Assembly: GCA_964106645.2 (NCBI GenBank)
Contig: OZ067043.1
DNA length: 64,000 nucleotides
Strand: one strand, 5' to 3'
DNA from: Podarcis pityusensis
Lineage: Eukaryota
Both the position numbers and the translations under genes were made by a program. The notes beneath the pieces were generated by a model that made no database searches, was not told the origin of the DNA, and was given only the letters and a program-made list of their open reading frames with translations. Position 1 is the first letter of the stretch. Every line of letters starts with the position of its first letter. Shown piece after piece: positions 1 to 13,833 of the stretch.

Positions 1-3000
1 AAGACCAACTTCTGTTCATTAAACCATCTTTCACCTTATTCTAATATTTCTGGGTTTGATAGTAGGTGCAAACTTCAACATAAGCATTATGTGATCATAG
101 CTAAGGGTTGATCCAGAAGAACCAAACACTTTCATATGAAGACTCAGACCTGGAAAACGCAACAAGCTTTCACACTAGCATCTTACTGAGGGTTGCTGAC
201 ACCCCTACACCATACATTTACTTCCAAATTTTCTGCTTGACTTTTTAACTAGTGCAAAGGATTTCCAACTTCATTATCTATTCATTTAATAGTGATGTTG
301 GAAAACCCTTGCACTTTTAAAAATTAATACTACGTACATAAGCATTGTAGAAAGTGTGCTGTGACTCATATGGGTATAGGTCAGACATCTACATCCTGAA
401 AGTAAAATCCAAGAATGCTCTTAAACTACAAAAGAATAGTTGGGGAAAATAGAGCATACATTCAGATATAAATGAAGCATTATAATGTGTTTAATTTTAG
501 CAGTAAACTAACATAATTAGAGATGATGAGTGCAAGACATAGGCTGAACTTGGAACCAGGTTGCTAATGCATTCTTGAATTATAGTCCTTCTGCCTAGGG
601 AGAAATACAGCTCTTCCATACTCATGGTTATTTGTTTCCAAGTATTTTACCAGCTTCATGGAGCCCTGCCCATGTGATTTTTTTGTGTGGTTACTGCACA
701 GCTGTCATCACATTTGAATACTACAAATTATGCTACCACAAATTTTATAGCTGAATTCTCTGCATTTGAGGAAATTGCTGGGGTCAGCATACTCTGAGGG
801 CAATGGATGAGCCTCACAATGGGAAAACCTCCTTCATGATCTCCCCTGCCAAATGTTAAGTACTCATCATAATTTGTTTACAATTTGTTTCATGGAGTCC
901 TGCTCATGTGAAAAATTATTTTTGGCATTTGTCACACTCTACACATAAGTAGGCACTGGACTGTTTTAGAATTTCTTGACCACTTCGATAAAAGTTTATC
1001 AGAGGATTGTTTATTGTCCTGAGTATGCATTTAAGACTTCAAGTACAATGTAGTTGTCTCATTTGATGCATTTTGGAGCAAACTCAGTCTGTGTTTTAGA
1101 AAAATTGAATTAACCACTGCTATGCCAAATTGTGTCTGCTATAAATATTTGTCAATGGTGTTAATAAAAGTAGAGTTCAATATACTTTTGTAGGCCCATA
1201 ATACCCACAGAGCCAATCTGAAGCCAGATCGTTGGTCCCTTGTGCCATATTTATAACAAGCTGTTTAATTTTATTGGGTGAAACTTCTCCTTTGCCAGGG
1301 AAGAGGAGATTAGGCATGCCACTGTTACAACAGGGAGGAAACCAATGTGTTTTGAGCAAATTACTAGCTCTGCCATTCTCTTGTTTTGCAAATAATCGCT
1401 CAATAGGATTGGGGGGCGGGGAATAAAAAAAGATGAGTTATAACAGTTTTGCTGTATACTTGTGACATGTATTTGAAACATGTGGCTCTTCTGGCTGCTT
1501 CATGGGCAGTCCTAAAATCAAGGCAGGCAACAGCTGTTAGTAGGTTCTTCACTGCTCTAGGAGTTTCTGGTTCTTAGCTTCAAACCTCTTTTCCCTTGAC
1601 ATCAGTGATAGCCTTGTCTTCTGAGGAAAGAGCCAGTTGCCCTTTGGGGTGCATGAATCCTTCAGCGATGAATGGCACAAAGCAGTAATTATTCCCTGCC
1701 TCTTGTGATCTGAGTAGTGGAAGCTGTGCGCCTGGGCACATCATTAAATTTCCAGGCAGCATGGTAGTTATAAGCCTAGGAAGAGAGTGATTCTCGTGGC
1801 ATTTTAATATGTTGGGGGTGGGAGTACCCGGTAACAGGTGGTATTTAAAAACCAATTAATATTTGTGAATAACAATGTGTTACTGGTAAGAAAACAAATC
1901 AGCCTCTATGTGAATATTTATGATGCTGATTTTTCAGGGCTTCTGGAATTGCACAATATTTCTCCAGCTGCCATTGCATGTTATTCTGCTGTCAGAACAA
2001 TCCTGCACAAAGCTGAACTCCCCCTGACAATGTGTAGCCAAGTTCCCGGGAGCGAGACAGTCAAGTAGATTAGCAGAGTGTAATTCTTGAACTGTGTATT
2101 CTCAATAATTCAATATTTAGGCAACCGAGTTCCAAACATTTTAAATATTCTTTGCCATTACAGTGAACTATGCAATTTAGTATACAATTTCATCCTATTA
2201 AGAGCCAAGCCATGCACACAGATAATGCTATGTTTGAAGTGAAAAAGGGTGTTAAAGGTTGTTTTGTCTCAGTGTTCTGTGAGAAAGTGTTTTACAGTAG
2301 ATCAAACTTGCCTAATGGCTCTTCATAATACTTTCATTTGAACTGCTCCCTGTGGCTTGTGTTTGGGGGAACTCAAAGGGGAGAATCCACTTTGTTTCTT
2401 AGTGGGGCGGAGTTTTCTATTTCATGCATGTTCACATTGCCATTTGAAAAGGATAATGGGTTTTTAACCTCAGTGAATCTTAGATTGCAGTCTCAGTGCT
2501 CATGGAGCGTTTCTTAGTCTTTTACAGAGGAATAAACTTGTCTGTTTTTCTTTTTGTTTTATCATAGCCATAAGCCCTGGGCTTCCTGCATCTTTTGTGG
2601 AGCATCTCTTCCTTTGACTAAGCAGTTCTTATTTTTATTTATTAAAAGTTCACTAAAATAAGTTATTAATTAAAGCTGCATTTTTATTACTTTGGTTACG
2701 GTGTGTGTGTTTTTAACTTATTTACGGTGAAATTTAATTTAATGAAATCTTGTCTGGAATGGATTCAAATGGTTGGTAGCAGTCCTGGCTCTAGTCAACT
2801 TCCCAACCACAATGTTTTTCTGCTGCATGCGGAGAGGGCAGGGGAACTGCCGGAATGCCATACTCTAGCCACTGCTAATGCTAATATCTAGACATTTTTA
2901 TCATGGTTGCATGTTTTGTAGCCATTAAGGTACACAAGGCAAACCGTAGCGAAAGGGCTGGTATTTCTGTACACTGTTTTAAAAAAACCCACCTTTCCTC

Positions 3001-3034
3001 TTCCAAGGATGGAGGGTAGGAGGAAAAGGAAATA

Positions 3035-3276
3035 TAGTGGTACCTCGGGTTACATACGCTTCAAGTTACAGACGCTTCAGGTTACAGACTCCTCTAACCC
3101 AGAAATAGTACCTCGGGTTAAGAACTTTGCTTCAGGGTGAGAACAGAAATTGTGCTCTGGCTGCGCGGCGGCAGCAGGAGGCCCCATTAGCTAAAGTGGT
3201 GCTTCAGGTTAAGAACAGTTTCAGGTTAAGTACGGACCTCCGGAACGAATTAAGTGCTTAACCCAAGGTACCACTG
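3035..3276 (-). mobile_element. Tc1/mariner (Tigger/pogo-like) MITE, main family, copy 1
   Basis: TIRs (t)agtggtacctcgggtta...taacccaaggtaccactg, TA on both sides; reverse complement of the copy at 4339. Strand is arbitrary. Confidence 0.9.
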
Positions 3277-4338
3277 TAGCTGCAGGCATGGCAGGAGCAA
3301 CAATTAGCAGTAGCATCAGCAACAGTTGAGGAGCCTAGCAACTCCAAATTTAAGTAGGAACAAAGAAGATAGGATGTTGCTCACCTGAACCTGTCTTGTC
3401 TGGCTGTATCACTCTGGGAACCTGGTAGCCTGCTTGGGGTCAGAAACATCACAGATCCCTGAAGCAGATGAGGGAATAGCCATCTGGCACCCCTATTCAG
3501 GAAGCCCTGAATAGTTATCAGGTGCTGCACACAATTCCATGCACCTCTGGACACAAATGAAGTAGCTGCAGCCCAATAACTTTGTTATCCCCTTCTCTAC
3601 AAAAGCTCTACAAAAGCGTGGACAATATTAAGCCACTGCCTGCAATGTGGAACCCTTAAATTTCAACCTTCTCCAACAGATTTTAGGCCATCTGCATTTG
3701 TGGTGCACCCCTGTCAGTGAGGTGGGTGTAAAGCCTCAGCACATGGCCTATCATATGTACATATTTTTTCCAACGGGGGGGGGGGGGGGACGGGACATGA
3801 AATAGGATAGTGTTATGGAGTGCTCTTGTTAACAAAAATAATTTATGTTAAGACAGTTTTTTTTTATGAATTTGGAAATACACAATCTGGTATTTTAATA
3901 GGGAAAGGTTTATATATAGTTAATTCTAGTCTATGTACCAAAGCAATTCACTCACTAAGTTTTGATCTAGAGTCAGGTGTATCACTTCACGTCCAGCAGA
4001 AATCTTTTAAAATGAAGGCATTTAAAATAAGGAAATAACTGGGTTTGGAGGTTGCAATATTTACTGGTTTTACTCTTTTTCACATCTAATTGGCAATAAC
4101 TCATCAGTCAGTTCAGCATTTCTGTTTGCTAGTAAGTACTAAAGTCTGCATAGGTTTGTGTGAATACTAGCCGAATACTAGCTCCATTTGAAAAACAATG
4201 CTGCTTAAAATAGTGTTCTTGTGTGGTTTATTGCAGAGCTCTTTTACTGCAAACTTGTTATAGCTATTTGATGAGGAAGAAAGGATGCCCTCTTAATTTT
4301 CTTGGGCTGAGCCCTGGCAGGAAGAACAAGTTCTGGTA

Positions 4339-4569
4339 CAGTGGTACCTCGGGTTAAGAACTTAATTCATTCTGGAGGTCTGTTCTTAACCTGAAACTGT
4401 TCTTAACCTGAGGTACCACTTTAGCTAATGGGGCCTCCCGCTGCCACCGCACGATTTCTGTTCTCATCCTGAAGCAAAGTTCTTAACCCGAGGTACTATT
4501 TCTGGGTTAGCGGAGTCTGTAACCTGAAGCGTCTGTAACCTGAGGCGTCTGTAACCCAAGGTACCACTG
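4339..4569 (+). mobile_element. Tigger/pogo-like MITE, main family, copy 2
   Basis: TA|cagtggtacctcgggttaag...gtaacccaaggtaccactg|TA. Confidence 0.92.
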
Positions 4570-6689
4570 TACTGTGCTTATTGCCCGATTAGGATCTGTC
4601 TAGAGGTATGACACCTATGCAAGTGAGTTTCTTGTAAATTCTGTTCCTTCCTTTTGATGGGGAATAAGAGAAGGCTTACTCCTTTGAAGTTGCATCAAGG
4701 TAGAAATAAAGTGCCAGATATCTTTCTTGCTTTTAAAAAAATCATTTGTTTTCTGTCTTTTTATGCTATAATTTTAAAGCATCTGAGCTGTTCGTTTGTT
4801 CTGCAAAAGCACATCACAAAGGTAGAAAGACACCCCTCCTTTCCTCTAAGTTGTCTGTAGTTCATTGGGGGAAGAAGGAATATAGTCTCTGCCTCTTCCT
4901 TCTACATAGAAGGCAGAAACCACAAGTTATTGAAGATGTCCATCAGGAAGGCAGGGGAAATGTTGCTCCCTTCCTCTGGGTTTTCTGCATGTACCATAAG
5001 GACCTGGGATGGTGGCAACCCAATTAATTAATGGTTTATTAGTAAAGCAAGCACAGGGGAAGTGAGTAGGTAATGTGTGGTCTTGACATGTGAAAGAAGT
5101 CGCAACTCCCATTGTTCCTGACAATTAGCCATTTTGGGTGTAACTCATATTTTTATTGCACTGGACACTCCTGTTAAGCAGCACAATATTAAATGTGATT
5201 ACACTGAAATGGGAGCATTTCATGCCATCATTTAAATTTAGGACCTGGTAAAATACATGCATTAGACAATGTTTAGCTTAGTGTACTTTGTGATGCTTAT
5301 TGTGGGTGAGACTTGTTTTATCTGGTTATGATGTTACCTTAAAATTAAACAAAATAATTGTTGTTAAATGACCATAGCAGTTTATCAAGTTGCAGGTTGT
5401 GGTGGCTACTATTCACGGAGTACAAAAGATCTTTAAATTGGATATCACCATTTAAGAACATTTGACCAAGACGCTGAGATGTGTTTGTACAATACTTATA
5501 CAGTAGCTTGAAATATACTTAAGTAGACTTGGTTTTTGAGCATGTTGGCAACATAAAAAGAAAGCTATATGAAAAGAAGAGAGATCTCTACCAGTTGGTT
5601 GTACTATAATCAAGGACAAGAAGCTTAGAAAAGTCAAAGAGAGATTGGAATGTCCTGACATATCTCTGACAAGTGTAATATTTCCCTAACTCATTATCTG
5701 ATAGTGGTTAAATAACTACTCATGAGCCCTCTGCTGATGTCACCCTCTGATTGTTGAGGGCCTAGGCAATGCCCTTGAGGAGGGAAACATGTACAGCACA
5801 TATTTAGAAAACGTTGTGGCAGTACAGTGAGTTATCAGGGTGTCCTTTGTAATTAAACATTTTATGTGTATTACTTGTGCATGGTCTTGATGTTAATAAA
5901 TGTTTTGTGAGCTAAGGTGAGTAAGTTTTCTGTGGAAAAGAGCCCCCCCCCCAATAAGGGTATGATAGCTCTGGGAAACCATTTTTACAACATGGACTGT
6001 ATTTGTGTTTTTTTTGTGCGCAAACCTTTTTTTGTTTTTTAAAAGCTGGAAGCAGGTAAGCCTTGCCTGTGGAATGTGTTTTTTTGTGGGGTGGGGGTGA
6101 GTGGCATGCAGCAACATCTTTTAAAGTGACTCTTTTCCAACTCAGTTGAAAAGCAGCTTTCTGGGTCATAGTTTATCTGTAGGGGCTCTTAAAAAAATCA
6201 TTTCTTCAATAAAATCAATTTGATTTGATTTTTTTGGGGGGAAAGAAATGACTTCATTATAAACAATCTTGCAATGCAGATGAAGGGGAGAAAGCAAATG
6301 GGGGTGTTCTTTCAAATACAAGTTATTTCAATCTTGTCAGGTTAGATATGTCAGAAGAAAGAGTTTTACAAACAAGTCCCTGAAGATAAACCATAACCTA
6401 GATTAGCTGAATTCAGAGTAGGTTTTGTAAAATTTGGTAGCTGTGTAACTTCTGAAATGGTCTCCTTGTTTTCTTAACAAGAAATAATTGAATAGTTGTG
6501 AGTTTTGGCTGCTCCTAGGCAAGAGGCCATCAGTGGACTCCTAATCCTGCCTTTTAGATCACTCCTCTACCTTTGCAAACTATGTCTGTCAGGTGAGAAA
6601 ACGCACTTAGAATGGTGTTGGGAAAGGGTAATGGTGAAAACAGAGGTAAAAAAAGAAATCCTATCATTTAACTTTCCTTGTAGCTCTAT

Positions 6690-7060
6690 AGATTTAGTTC
6701 CTCTGTTTCTCATTTCCCCAACCTTAAATTCAGTTCAAGCATTTTTGCACCTGTTTATTATATATATATTTTAAAAAACCACCAATATTTGAGTACACTT
6801 CCCCCGAATATTCATATTTTTGTTTGCACTTTTGCTTATACACATTTTTGCAAGCAATTTTCTCCTATATTATGTATTTATGTATGTTGTTTTTCCCTAA
6901 TCCATACATTTTTATGTAATCTTGCATTTTTGAACGCATCTTTGGTTAGATGGCTGCATTACAATTGCATTGCAAAATGTGGAGAATCCTGAATTTCAGA
7001 GGATGTCTGCATTTTGGTAAGTACATATTATGTCAGTTTGCAGTAAAATGCAAACTGGGC
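6690..7060. repeat. Degenerate interspersed repeat (unclassified, probably non-autonomous DNA element)
   Basis: T-rich internal repeats (cacatttttg/catttt motifs) resembling a common lizard repeat; boundaries approximate. Confidence 0.35.
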
Positions 7061-8836
7061 TACAGTAGTGTAGGTCACCTCTTAATTGAGGGCTATGTGC
7101 CTGTTGCTACTCTGAGCAGTGTTCCTTTGCCTGTGTGAGCTTGGGATTACGGCTCAGTTGTAGCGTTGCCATCAGGGCAGGACTATGGTGTAAAAATCCA
7201 CATACACCAGTGACAACCAGAATGAATAAGAGCTGAGCTGGCTTGCTACATTCTGAAGCAATGCAATTAACATCAGAGTATAAAATAACCTATCTGTACC
7301 ACCACCCAACTGGCCCACCCTGAGTTCCAGCCATTCCTTTTAAGAAATGTGCATCCTGTGCTTTGGTTTTCTGGTGGAGAGGCTTTGCAGGTTCATTTAC
7401 TTCAGATGTCATTGGTACAATCTGAAGGTTCTCAACCATGATAGTAATCTGCTTCCTCACCCCCACCACCTGTTGCAGGAGTGATGCTTGAGCAAATTCT
7501 GCTGTACTATATCATATTTGTGTTTTTGGGACTTCAGGTAAACTTTATGTTGGAAAGGCATAATGTGAAAAGTAAGCTGGTGCAATTTTTATGCACCAGC
7601 AGATCCCAAAGTTTGATCCCAGCATTCACTGGGCACCTTGGCAAAACACCCTTTGAACTCTCAACATCATTAATTTCTCGTGATGGGGATTGTGAAAGGA
7701 CTGGAGTGCTGCATATAATGCTAGAAGCAATGGAATTGGTTGATGCAGTGCAGCATATTTAGCTCATCTTGTTCTGAATATGCTTTTGTAGCTTTCCTGT
7801 AGTGGGAATTGGCTTTTAAGACCTGAATATCTCATAAAACTAATATTAACAGGCAGCTTGAGATTGTGCAAATTTCACCTTATTTGCTGAATCGAGTGGC
7901 AGCAGTAGCCCTCTGCTCCTTTTTGATTTCCTTTCTTCCATTAGTATATGCTTTGGCAGTTTTTGTTTTGTCATTGTCAAATACTAAATTAATTTTGGTT
8001 CCTGAAGCTTATACAGTAAAGGTGACTTTAGAATCATCATAATTGTCAATTTAACTTTCACACCACATAGCGTTTACCAGCTACTCTTAGGCAGTGGGTT
8101 GAAATAACTTCTCCATGGTGTGTCTGTCTGAAGCAATTGAGGAATTCATTGAATATTCAATGTATACAAGGCTATATGCATTAAGGTTTTGGGTGCTGAC
8201 GCCTCCTTGGAGGAGGCACTCAGCTGCAGTTGAGTTGGTTTTGTTTAGTTAACAATGCACTCTAATATGACTCACACCTTAGTAAGTATTGTGTTTGAAC
8301 TTGTAGTGAACGGGGAATATATGAAAAAGAGATGACAGAGGGGCGAGATACCCAGGTTTCACTTCTAGATATATGATGAGAATTGATGCAATTCTTTATG
8401 CAGAAGATATAATGCTGTGGGCTTTCAGGATTCAAAGCAGTGTCATGATAGGGACTGTGGCAAGAATATGGACTGTGGCAAGAACAATGCCTTCCTCTGG
8501 AACTGAATTTGTTGTGCTGCACTTGAACAATTGTGTAATTATTAAAGAATAACATTGAATCCAACAGAAATATAAAGCACTGCAAACTGAGGAGAGAGTC
8601 AAGTATTTAAAGAAAGAAATCCAGAAAACTGGCTAAGCTCCAGCACTCCTAAGAACATCTTAGGAATTTTTAAGAGAGTCCTAATCTAAATGAAAGTGAG
8701 CAGTGTGATGCTGTTGCCAACAGAATAATTGCGTGCAACATACAGCATTATTACTACCTTGTGTATATACTTCTGATTTGACTCTGCAGTTGTATTGTGT
8801 GGCCGTATTTTAATGGTAGAAACAAGCAGGAATAAC

Positions 8837-8872
8837 GATGATGATGATGATGGTTGTTGATGATGATGATGA
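8837..8872. repeat. Interrupted (GAT)n microsatellite
   Basis: gatgatgatgatgatggttgttgatgatgatgatga. Confidence 0.85.
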
Positions 8873-8875
8873 TAG

Positions 8876-9018
8876 GGAAAGGGGCTCATTAGTAAAGTGG
8901 CTGCAGAAGATCCCAGCTTCACCCTTCCTTATCCAGTTGAAAGACCCCAGGTAACAGGAAAGAGAATTGAGCTAGACGTGCCAATGGTATTACTTGGTTT
9001 AAGACAGCTTTATATGTG
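8876..9018 (+). mobile_element. Degenerate Squam3-like tRNA-derived SINE
   Basis: gcagaagatcccagcttca B-box remnant and 3' end gagctagacgtgccaatggt...agacagctttatatgt similar to copies at 15227 and 21394. Confidence 0.45.
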
Positions 9019-9651
9019 TAACATTCCGGGTTATATCAGGAGATACTGAAGGAACTGGACAGGTTTTACTTTTCAAAAAGAGAATTGCAGGATAGGTTTT
9101 CAAACACTAGTTTGGATATTGGTAAAAATTTCTTGGTGGGATTTTTTTTTAGAATAATGTAATTTTAATTTCCTTTCAAGTCTAGCACAGTGTCCTAAGA
9201 CTTGATCCGCTTGTTATGAGCCTGTATTAGCCCAAGAATTAACTGGTCTTAAGCAAGATTTGCACTTTCTATTCGCCACCCGTCTCTGTCCTTTCCGAAA
9301 TTCATTTTGTGTATCTTGCTTGCTGTGGAGATAACTCACAATCAGTTTTGGGCAGCACTCTGAAGTGTGGAAAACATTCCACCTCCCCCCAGCCGCTGTA
9401 ACATATGGAACAAAACAAAAGTATGAGATTTGTCTTTTCTTTCAAAATAAAAGCATTTTCAAAGCTTCTGGCTAATTGTGGATAGTGTTTCAGAAATTTT
9501 TTTGTTTTCAAAAAAATTTTCTATACTGCTCTTCATTTCATGCTACCAGAGTGGGCAGTTGTAAGGGCTTTATTGCTAGGACACTACAGTACTTTCCATA
9601 AAAAGGGTTACTATATAAAGCTCTGAGAGTCAGAAAGCAACATTTCAGTTA

Positions 9652-9874
9652 CAGTGGTACCTCGGGTTAAGTACTTAATTCGTTCCGGAGGTCCGTTCTT
9701 AACCTGAAACTGTTCTTAACCTGAAGCACCACTTTAGCTAATGGGGCCTCCTGCTGCTGCGCTGCCGCCACACAATTTCTGTTCTCATCCTGAAGCAAAG
9801 TTCTTAACCCGAGGTAATATTTCTGGGTTAGCGGAGTCGGTAACCTGAAGCGTATGTAACCCGAGGTACCACTG
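9652..9874 (+). mobile_element. Tigger/pogo-like MITE, main family, copy 3
   Basis: TA|cagtggtacctcgggttaag...gtaacccgaggtaccactg|TA. Confidence 0.92.
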
Positions 9875-12634
9875 TACCTCCAAAGCCTAACACTTAAGAG
9901 CTGCTTCCAATACTTCTGTACCCAGTAATTTAGTAAAGGCAAGAAAAAACCTCCAGAGGTCATAGGTAGTTTTCTTACAAACGTCTTTTGTTAAGTATAG
10001 GCTTGTATCTGAGTCTGTTTGCGTCTTCTCTACAGCTTTATCCTTTTTAAATGTTTTCTTATCTTTTCCTTTGCGACACATAAGTGCTTTGCGAAAGGCC
10101 ATGTGTGATGTCATGACACAGCCACTGTTGCCACAGTAAATGTTAATGAGTTCCTTTCCCATCTATTGGATTGGATTGCTTGAAGAGAGTGGGCATCATT
10201 AAAAAATACCATGGCTGTGTGTGTTTTCTGAGCTGGTAGCTTAACCTCTTACCACATCTAAAATACAGTTGAATCAAAGCATTTTTAACCCATATAACAT
10301 GTATCATCTGCACTGGCATCCAGAAATCCTTCGGGTTCCTCAAATGACTTATGTTAGGTACCTTTCATTAGACTGTGTGGATGGTGCTAATGCAAATTTG
10401 TACTGCAGTGGAAAAGTTGAAAGTTTCTTGCATAAATTTATATTTATAACTTGCAATCAGAAAGATGCTGTCTCATTGCAGACTTTTTGTTTGGTGTTAC
10501 TCCTGTTAGATCTACACATACTACATTTGCTTCAGTACTAGAACCTTCTGTAGCTTGTTCTGGTGCATAACCCACAATGGACAGTGCAGTAAATACAAGA
10601 CATATATAAATGGAGCTCCATAAATCTTTCAGTCCAACATATCAGTTGCAAGAAGGAGCATCTTGCTGAAGGAATGGCCTGTAATGGATGCAGTGAAACA
10701 CAATACATTATGTGCAGTGGTTAAATATTAATATGCATAGGCAGTGTTTAAAGCTCAAGAATGAATCTCACTGAGGATGAAATTTCAAAGCACTTCGAAG
10801 GTTTCATAATGAGGCTTCTGGATGTAGTAATCTCTGCTTTACCAAAGGCAGTTACTCTTTTGTGAACTATATCAACAATTAAATTAAATTTTGTTTCTCA
10901 AAAAAGCTTTTGCTGACACACAATACTGAAGAGTTTAGAGTAGGGGTCTTTCCAGGTCCTTTTTAATTACCTAAAAATGTAACTGGTATTTGACAGGGGA
11001 CTGGATTGGCCATTCTGAAAGAGCAATTATGTGTCTCAGTTGTCTGTCCTCTTTTTTTAATCATAAGGATGCCCTTTTTTCAACCAGTTCCATTACACTA
11101 ATGAGGGCGTCTCAGTGAGAGGTGTGAGGTGTGGTTAATATTAAGACCATCTTTTCTTATAGCTACAACCATCTGTAGGAATTAGTTTCCGCAGCTAGTG
11201 TTTGGAGGCTGACTTCCTGTTCAGTGGAACACAGTGCTTTGGAATCGGAGAATTCATGCAGATAGTGCCTAAGGAGATTTAAGATTGTCTTTGCGGTCTT
11301 GAGTTCATTGTACTGCGTAGCATTCCCTTCTCATATACAATGCACGTAAAATCTTAAAATTAGTAGTGTGAAATTTAAATCCCACCCCCAGTTCTGTTTT
11401 GCTTTTTACACTGAATAGGCATGCAGTTGAGCTTCCTCTATATAGAAAATACTGATTCATTCCCCTGAAATGGTTCCAATTTTATTTCTGTTTTTGTAGC
11501 TTATTTGTTTTTGTCAATGTGTGTTATCCATTGATACTATATCAATCCAGTTTTTTAATTGATAAAGTGCACCAGAAACTGATTTTGATGACTTAATCCA
11601 TAAATGTTATGACAAGGATGCCATTACCTTTTGTTGGCTAGCAGTGTGACTGATTGGCTGTAGATGTTCCTGACATAGCCTGTCAGAAGGGGTTATTTTA
11701 TCTGAAACCAGTATGGTTACAGATGAGAGCGGTCCTGGGAAACATCATTCACTTCTACTAGTCACATCCATCACTTCCTAATTATTGCAGTTTTCAGGCA
11801 AGAAACAAGTTCTCCTTACTGTCCCTTAAGGGACTTGATTGCCGCTGATGTAACCAGTCTCTGCTCAAGTGACATGGGAACTAATAGGATTAATTTACTA
11901 GATTTAGGGCACACCTCTGCTTCAGGCTGAAATACATTGCTTTAACTTGGAGCCATATAGTCTAAGTGTATATATCAGGTGAATGTGCTGACACTAGTGA
12001 TGCTAAATTGAGCATGGTGGCTGAGCTGAACATCCTAGTATTCACACTGGGAACTAGTCATTTTTGTTGAGTAGCTTAATAGAAACATTCTTCGTAGTTT
12101 GGAAATGCAATCCTTCTAGCCAATGAAGCACTTCTCTTTTTTTTAATTATAAATACTATGAAAAAATACTGATTTTAACTAAATTTATTCCCCATGGTTG
12201 TATGATAATCTAAAATATTTGACAAGAAATTGTGAAAATGGAAAAACTAACAAAATTTCAAAATGGTATTCAAAACTGCAAAAAATAGAATACAGTAGAA
12301 AAAATATAAGTTTTGGTCAGTTAGAATTTGTAAGGACCTTGATCACTTTAAATGTCAAAGCTGTGAAATAGGCACATGTCAGTTTCTAGATTCTTGAGAA
12401 GTAGGTCAACAAACATGCCAGTGTAACTGGTGCAGTGAAGCTCGCATTAGTTTTCTGTTATGGTAAGCTAGTCACCCATCCAGGTTTCATTTAAGGATCA
12501 CATGAAGTGGAGGCAGATTGTGTTAATTCAGCCACTGCACCTGATCAAACTTTGGATATATGTAACACTCCAATTGGTTCTTTCTAGGTCTGCGGTGTTT
12601 GTGAGGAAAGGATTCTCATTTTATTTTGTGAGGT

Positions 12635-13270
12635 TTGTTTATTCATTTAAAAGCATCTGTTAACCCCCCCCCTATATATTTAAATCTCTAAATGATGTAC
12701 AACATAACACCCATAAAACAGTAGTGTAGAAGCATGTAAGAACAAATAAAAACTGGAATTCATGGAATTGAAACACATAAAAAAAGGATCTAATCTTATG
12801 GTTCAGGGAAAGCCTGGAGTGGGGGTGGGGAAAGTCTTTACAAAATGCCTGAAACAATTAATGGTAGCTACTTCATATAAGACAGAAGGAAGGGCATTCA
12901 GAAAATGCTCATAATCTGTTCCCTGCCCTATGATGTTTTGTAGGGTGCTGTACCATGAAAACATTTCCCCCATATGTTCTAAGTGATCTTACAGGCAGTT
13001 TTTCCAAGTATCCCGGTCCTGAGTTGTCCAGGGCTTTATATGTTAACCGCCAGACCTTGAACACAGCCCAGCAGCTGATCAGCGTCCAGTACAGTTCTTT
13101 CAGCACAGGCGTAACATGTTCACATCCAGCTGCTCCACTCAGAATGCTGTCCACATCATTCTGCACCAGCTTCAGTACCAACCCCAAGGGAAGCCCCACA
13201 GTAGTCCAGTCATGAGATTACCAGCACATGAAACATGGTGGCTAAGCTATCAAGATAAGGATGTATGTAA
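12635..13270 (-). mobile_element. L2 LINE 3' fragment
   Basis: ORF 12909-13199 reads GLPL..LKLVQN...HVTPVLKELYW...FKV..LTYKAL..SGPGYL, the typical L2 ORF2 C-terminal motif; AT-rich tail toward 12635. Confidence 0.8.
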
Positions 13271-13334
13271 GGTTGTCTATATTCTAGAGGAAGCATATCC
13301 AAAGTGGTGCCATTAATTTTTGTTATTTAGTGTT

Positions 13335-13424
13335 TCAACATCTCTGACCATTAGCCATGATAATTGAAGATTATGAGAGTTGTAGTCCATTAAGATCTGG
13401 AGCACACCATGTTGGCTACCCCTG
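13335..13424. mobile_element. hAT MITE right-end fragment
   Basis: atgagagttgtagtcc...atctggagcacaccatgttggctacccctg resembles the right half of the MITE at 23965. Confidence 0.55.
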
Positions 13425-13472
13425 CTCTAGAAGTAGCATTAGCACAGTTTTGAGGAGTGCTAAGTCAAGATT

Positions 13473-13833
13473 AGGGATGTGGGTGGCGCTGTGGTCTAAA
13501 CCACAGAGCCTAGGGCTTGCCAATCGGAAGGTCGGCGGTTTGAATCCCCGCAACAGGGTGAGCTCCTGTTATTCGGCCCCAGCTCCTGCCCACCTAGCAG
13601 TTCGAAAGCACGTCAAGTGCAAGTAGATAAATGGGTACCGCTCCGGCGGAAAGGTAAACGGTGTTTCCATGCACTGCTCTGGTTCGCCAGAAGCGGCTTA
13701 GTCATGCTGACCACATGACCCGGAAGCTGTATGCCAGTTCCCTCGGCCAGTAAAGCGAGATGAGCTCCGCAACCCCAGAGTCATCTGCGACTGGACCTAA
13801 CGGTCTGGGTACTTTTACCTTTACCTTTATCTT
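13473..13833 (+). mobile_element. Sauria SINE (Squam1), full length
   Basis: tRNA-like head (gtggcgctgtggtctaaacc; ggtttgaatccc), (ACCTTT)n tail, 12-bp target-site duplication taagtcaagatt at 13461-13472 and 13834-13845. Confidence 0.95.

Noticed and set aside
3775-3789. Poly-G run as a functional G-quadruplex
   Set aside because: G/C homopolymers are frequent throughout the window and are error-prone in assemblies; nothing singles this one out.
4339-4569. CRISPR-like short repeats (ttcttaacc / tgtaacc)
   Set aside because: They are internal subterminal repeats of a TA-flanked MITE in eukaryotic DNA, with no unique regular spacers or cas genes.
5905-6065. Strong donor-like sites (AAG|GTGAGT near 5917, CAG|GTAAGC near 6054) as 5'UTR exon ends
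   Set aside because: No convincing paired acceptor could be identified; such motifs are common by chance and need RNA evidence.
8147-8162. 16-bp palindrome cattgaatattcaatg
   Set aside because: An 8-bp-arm AT-rich palindrome is expected about once by chance in a window this size.
8452-8484. Tandem 15-bp duplication ggactgtggcaagaa
   Set aside because: Ordinary slippage duplication with no further context.
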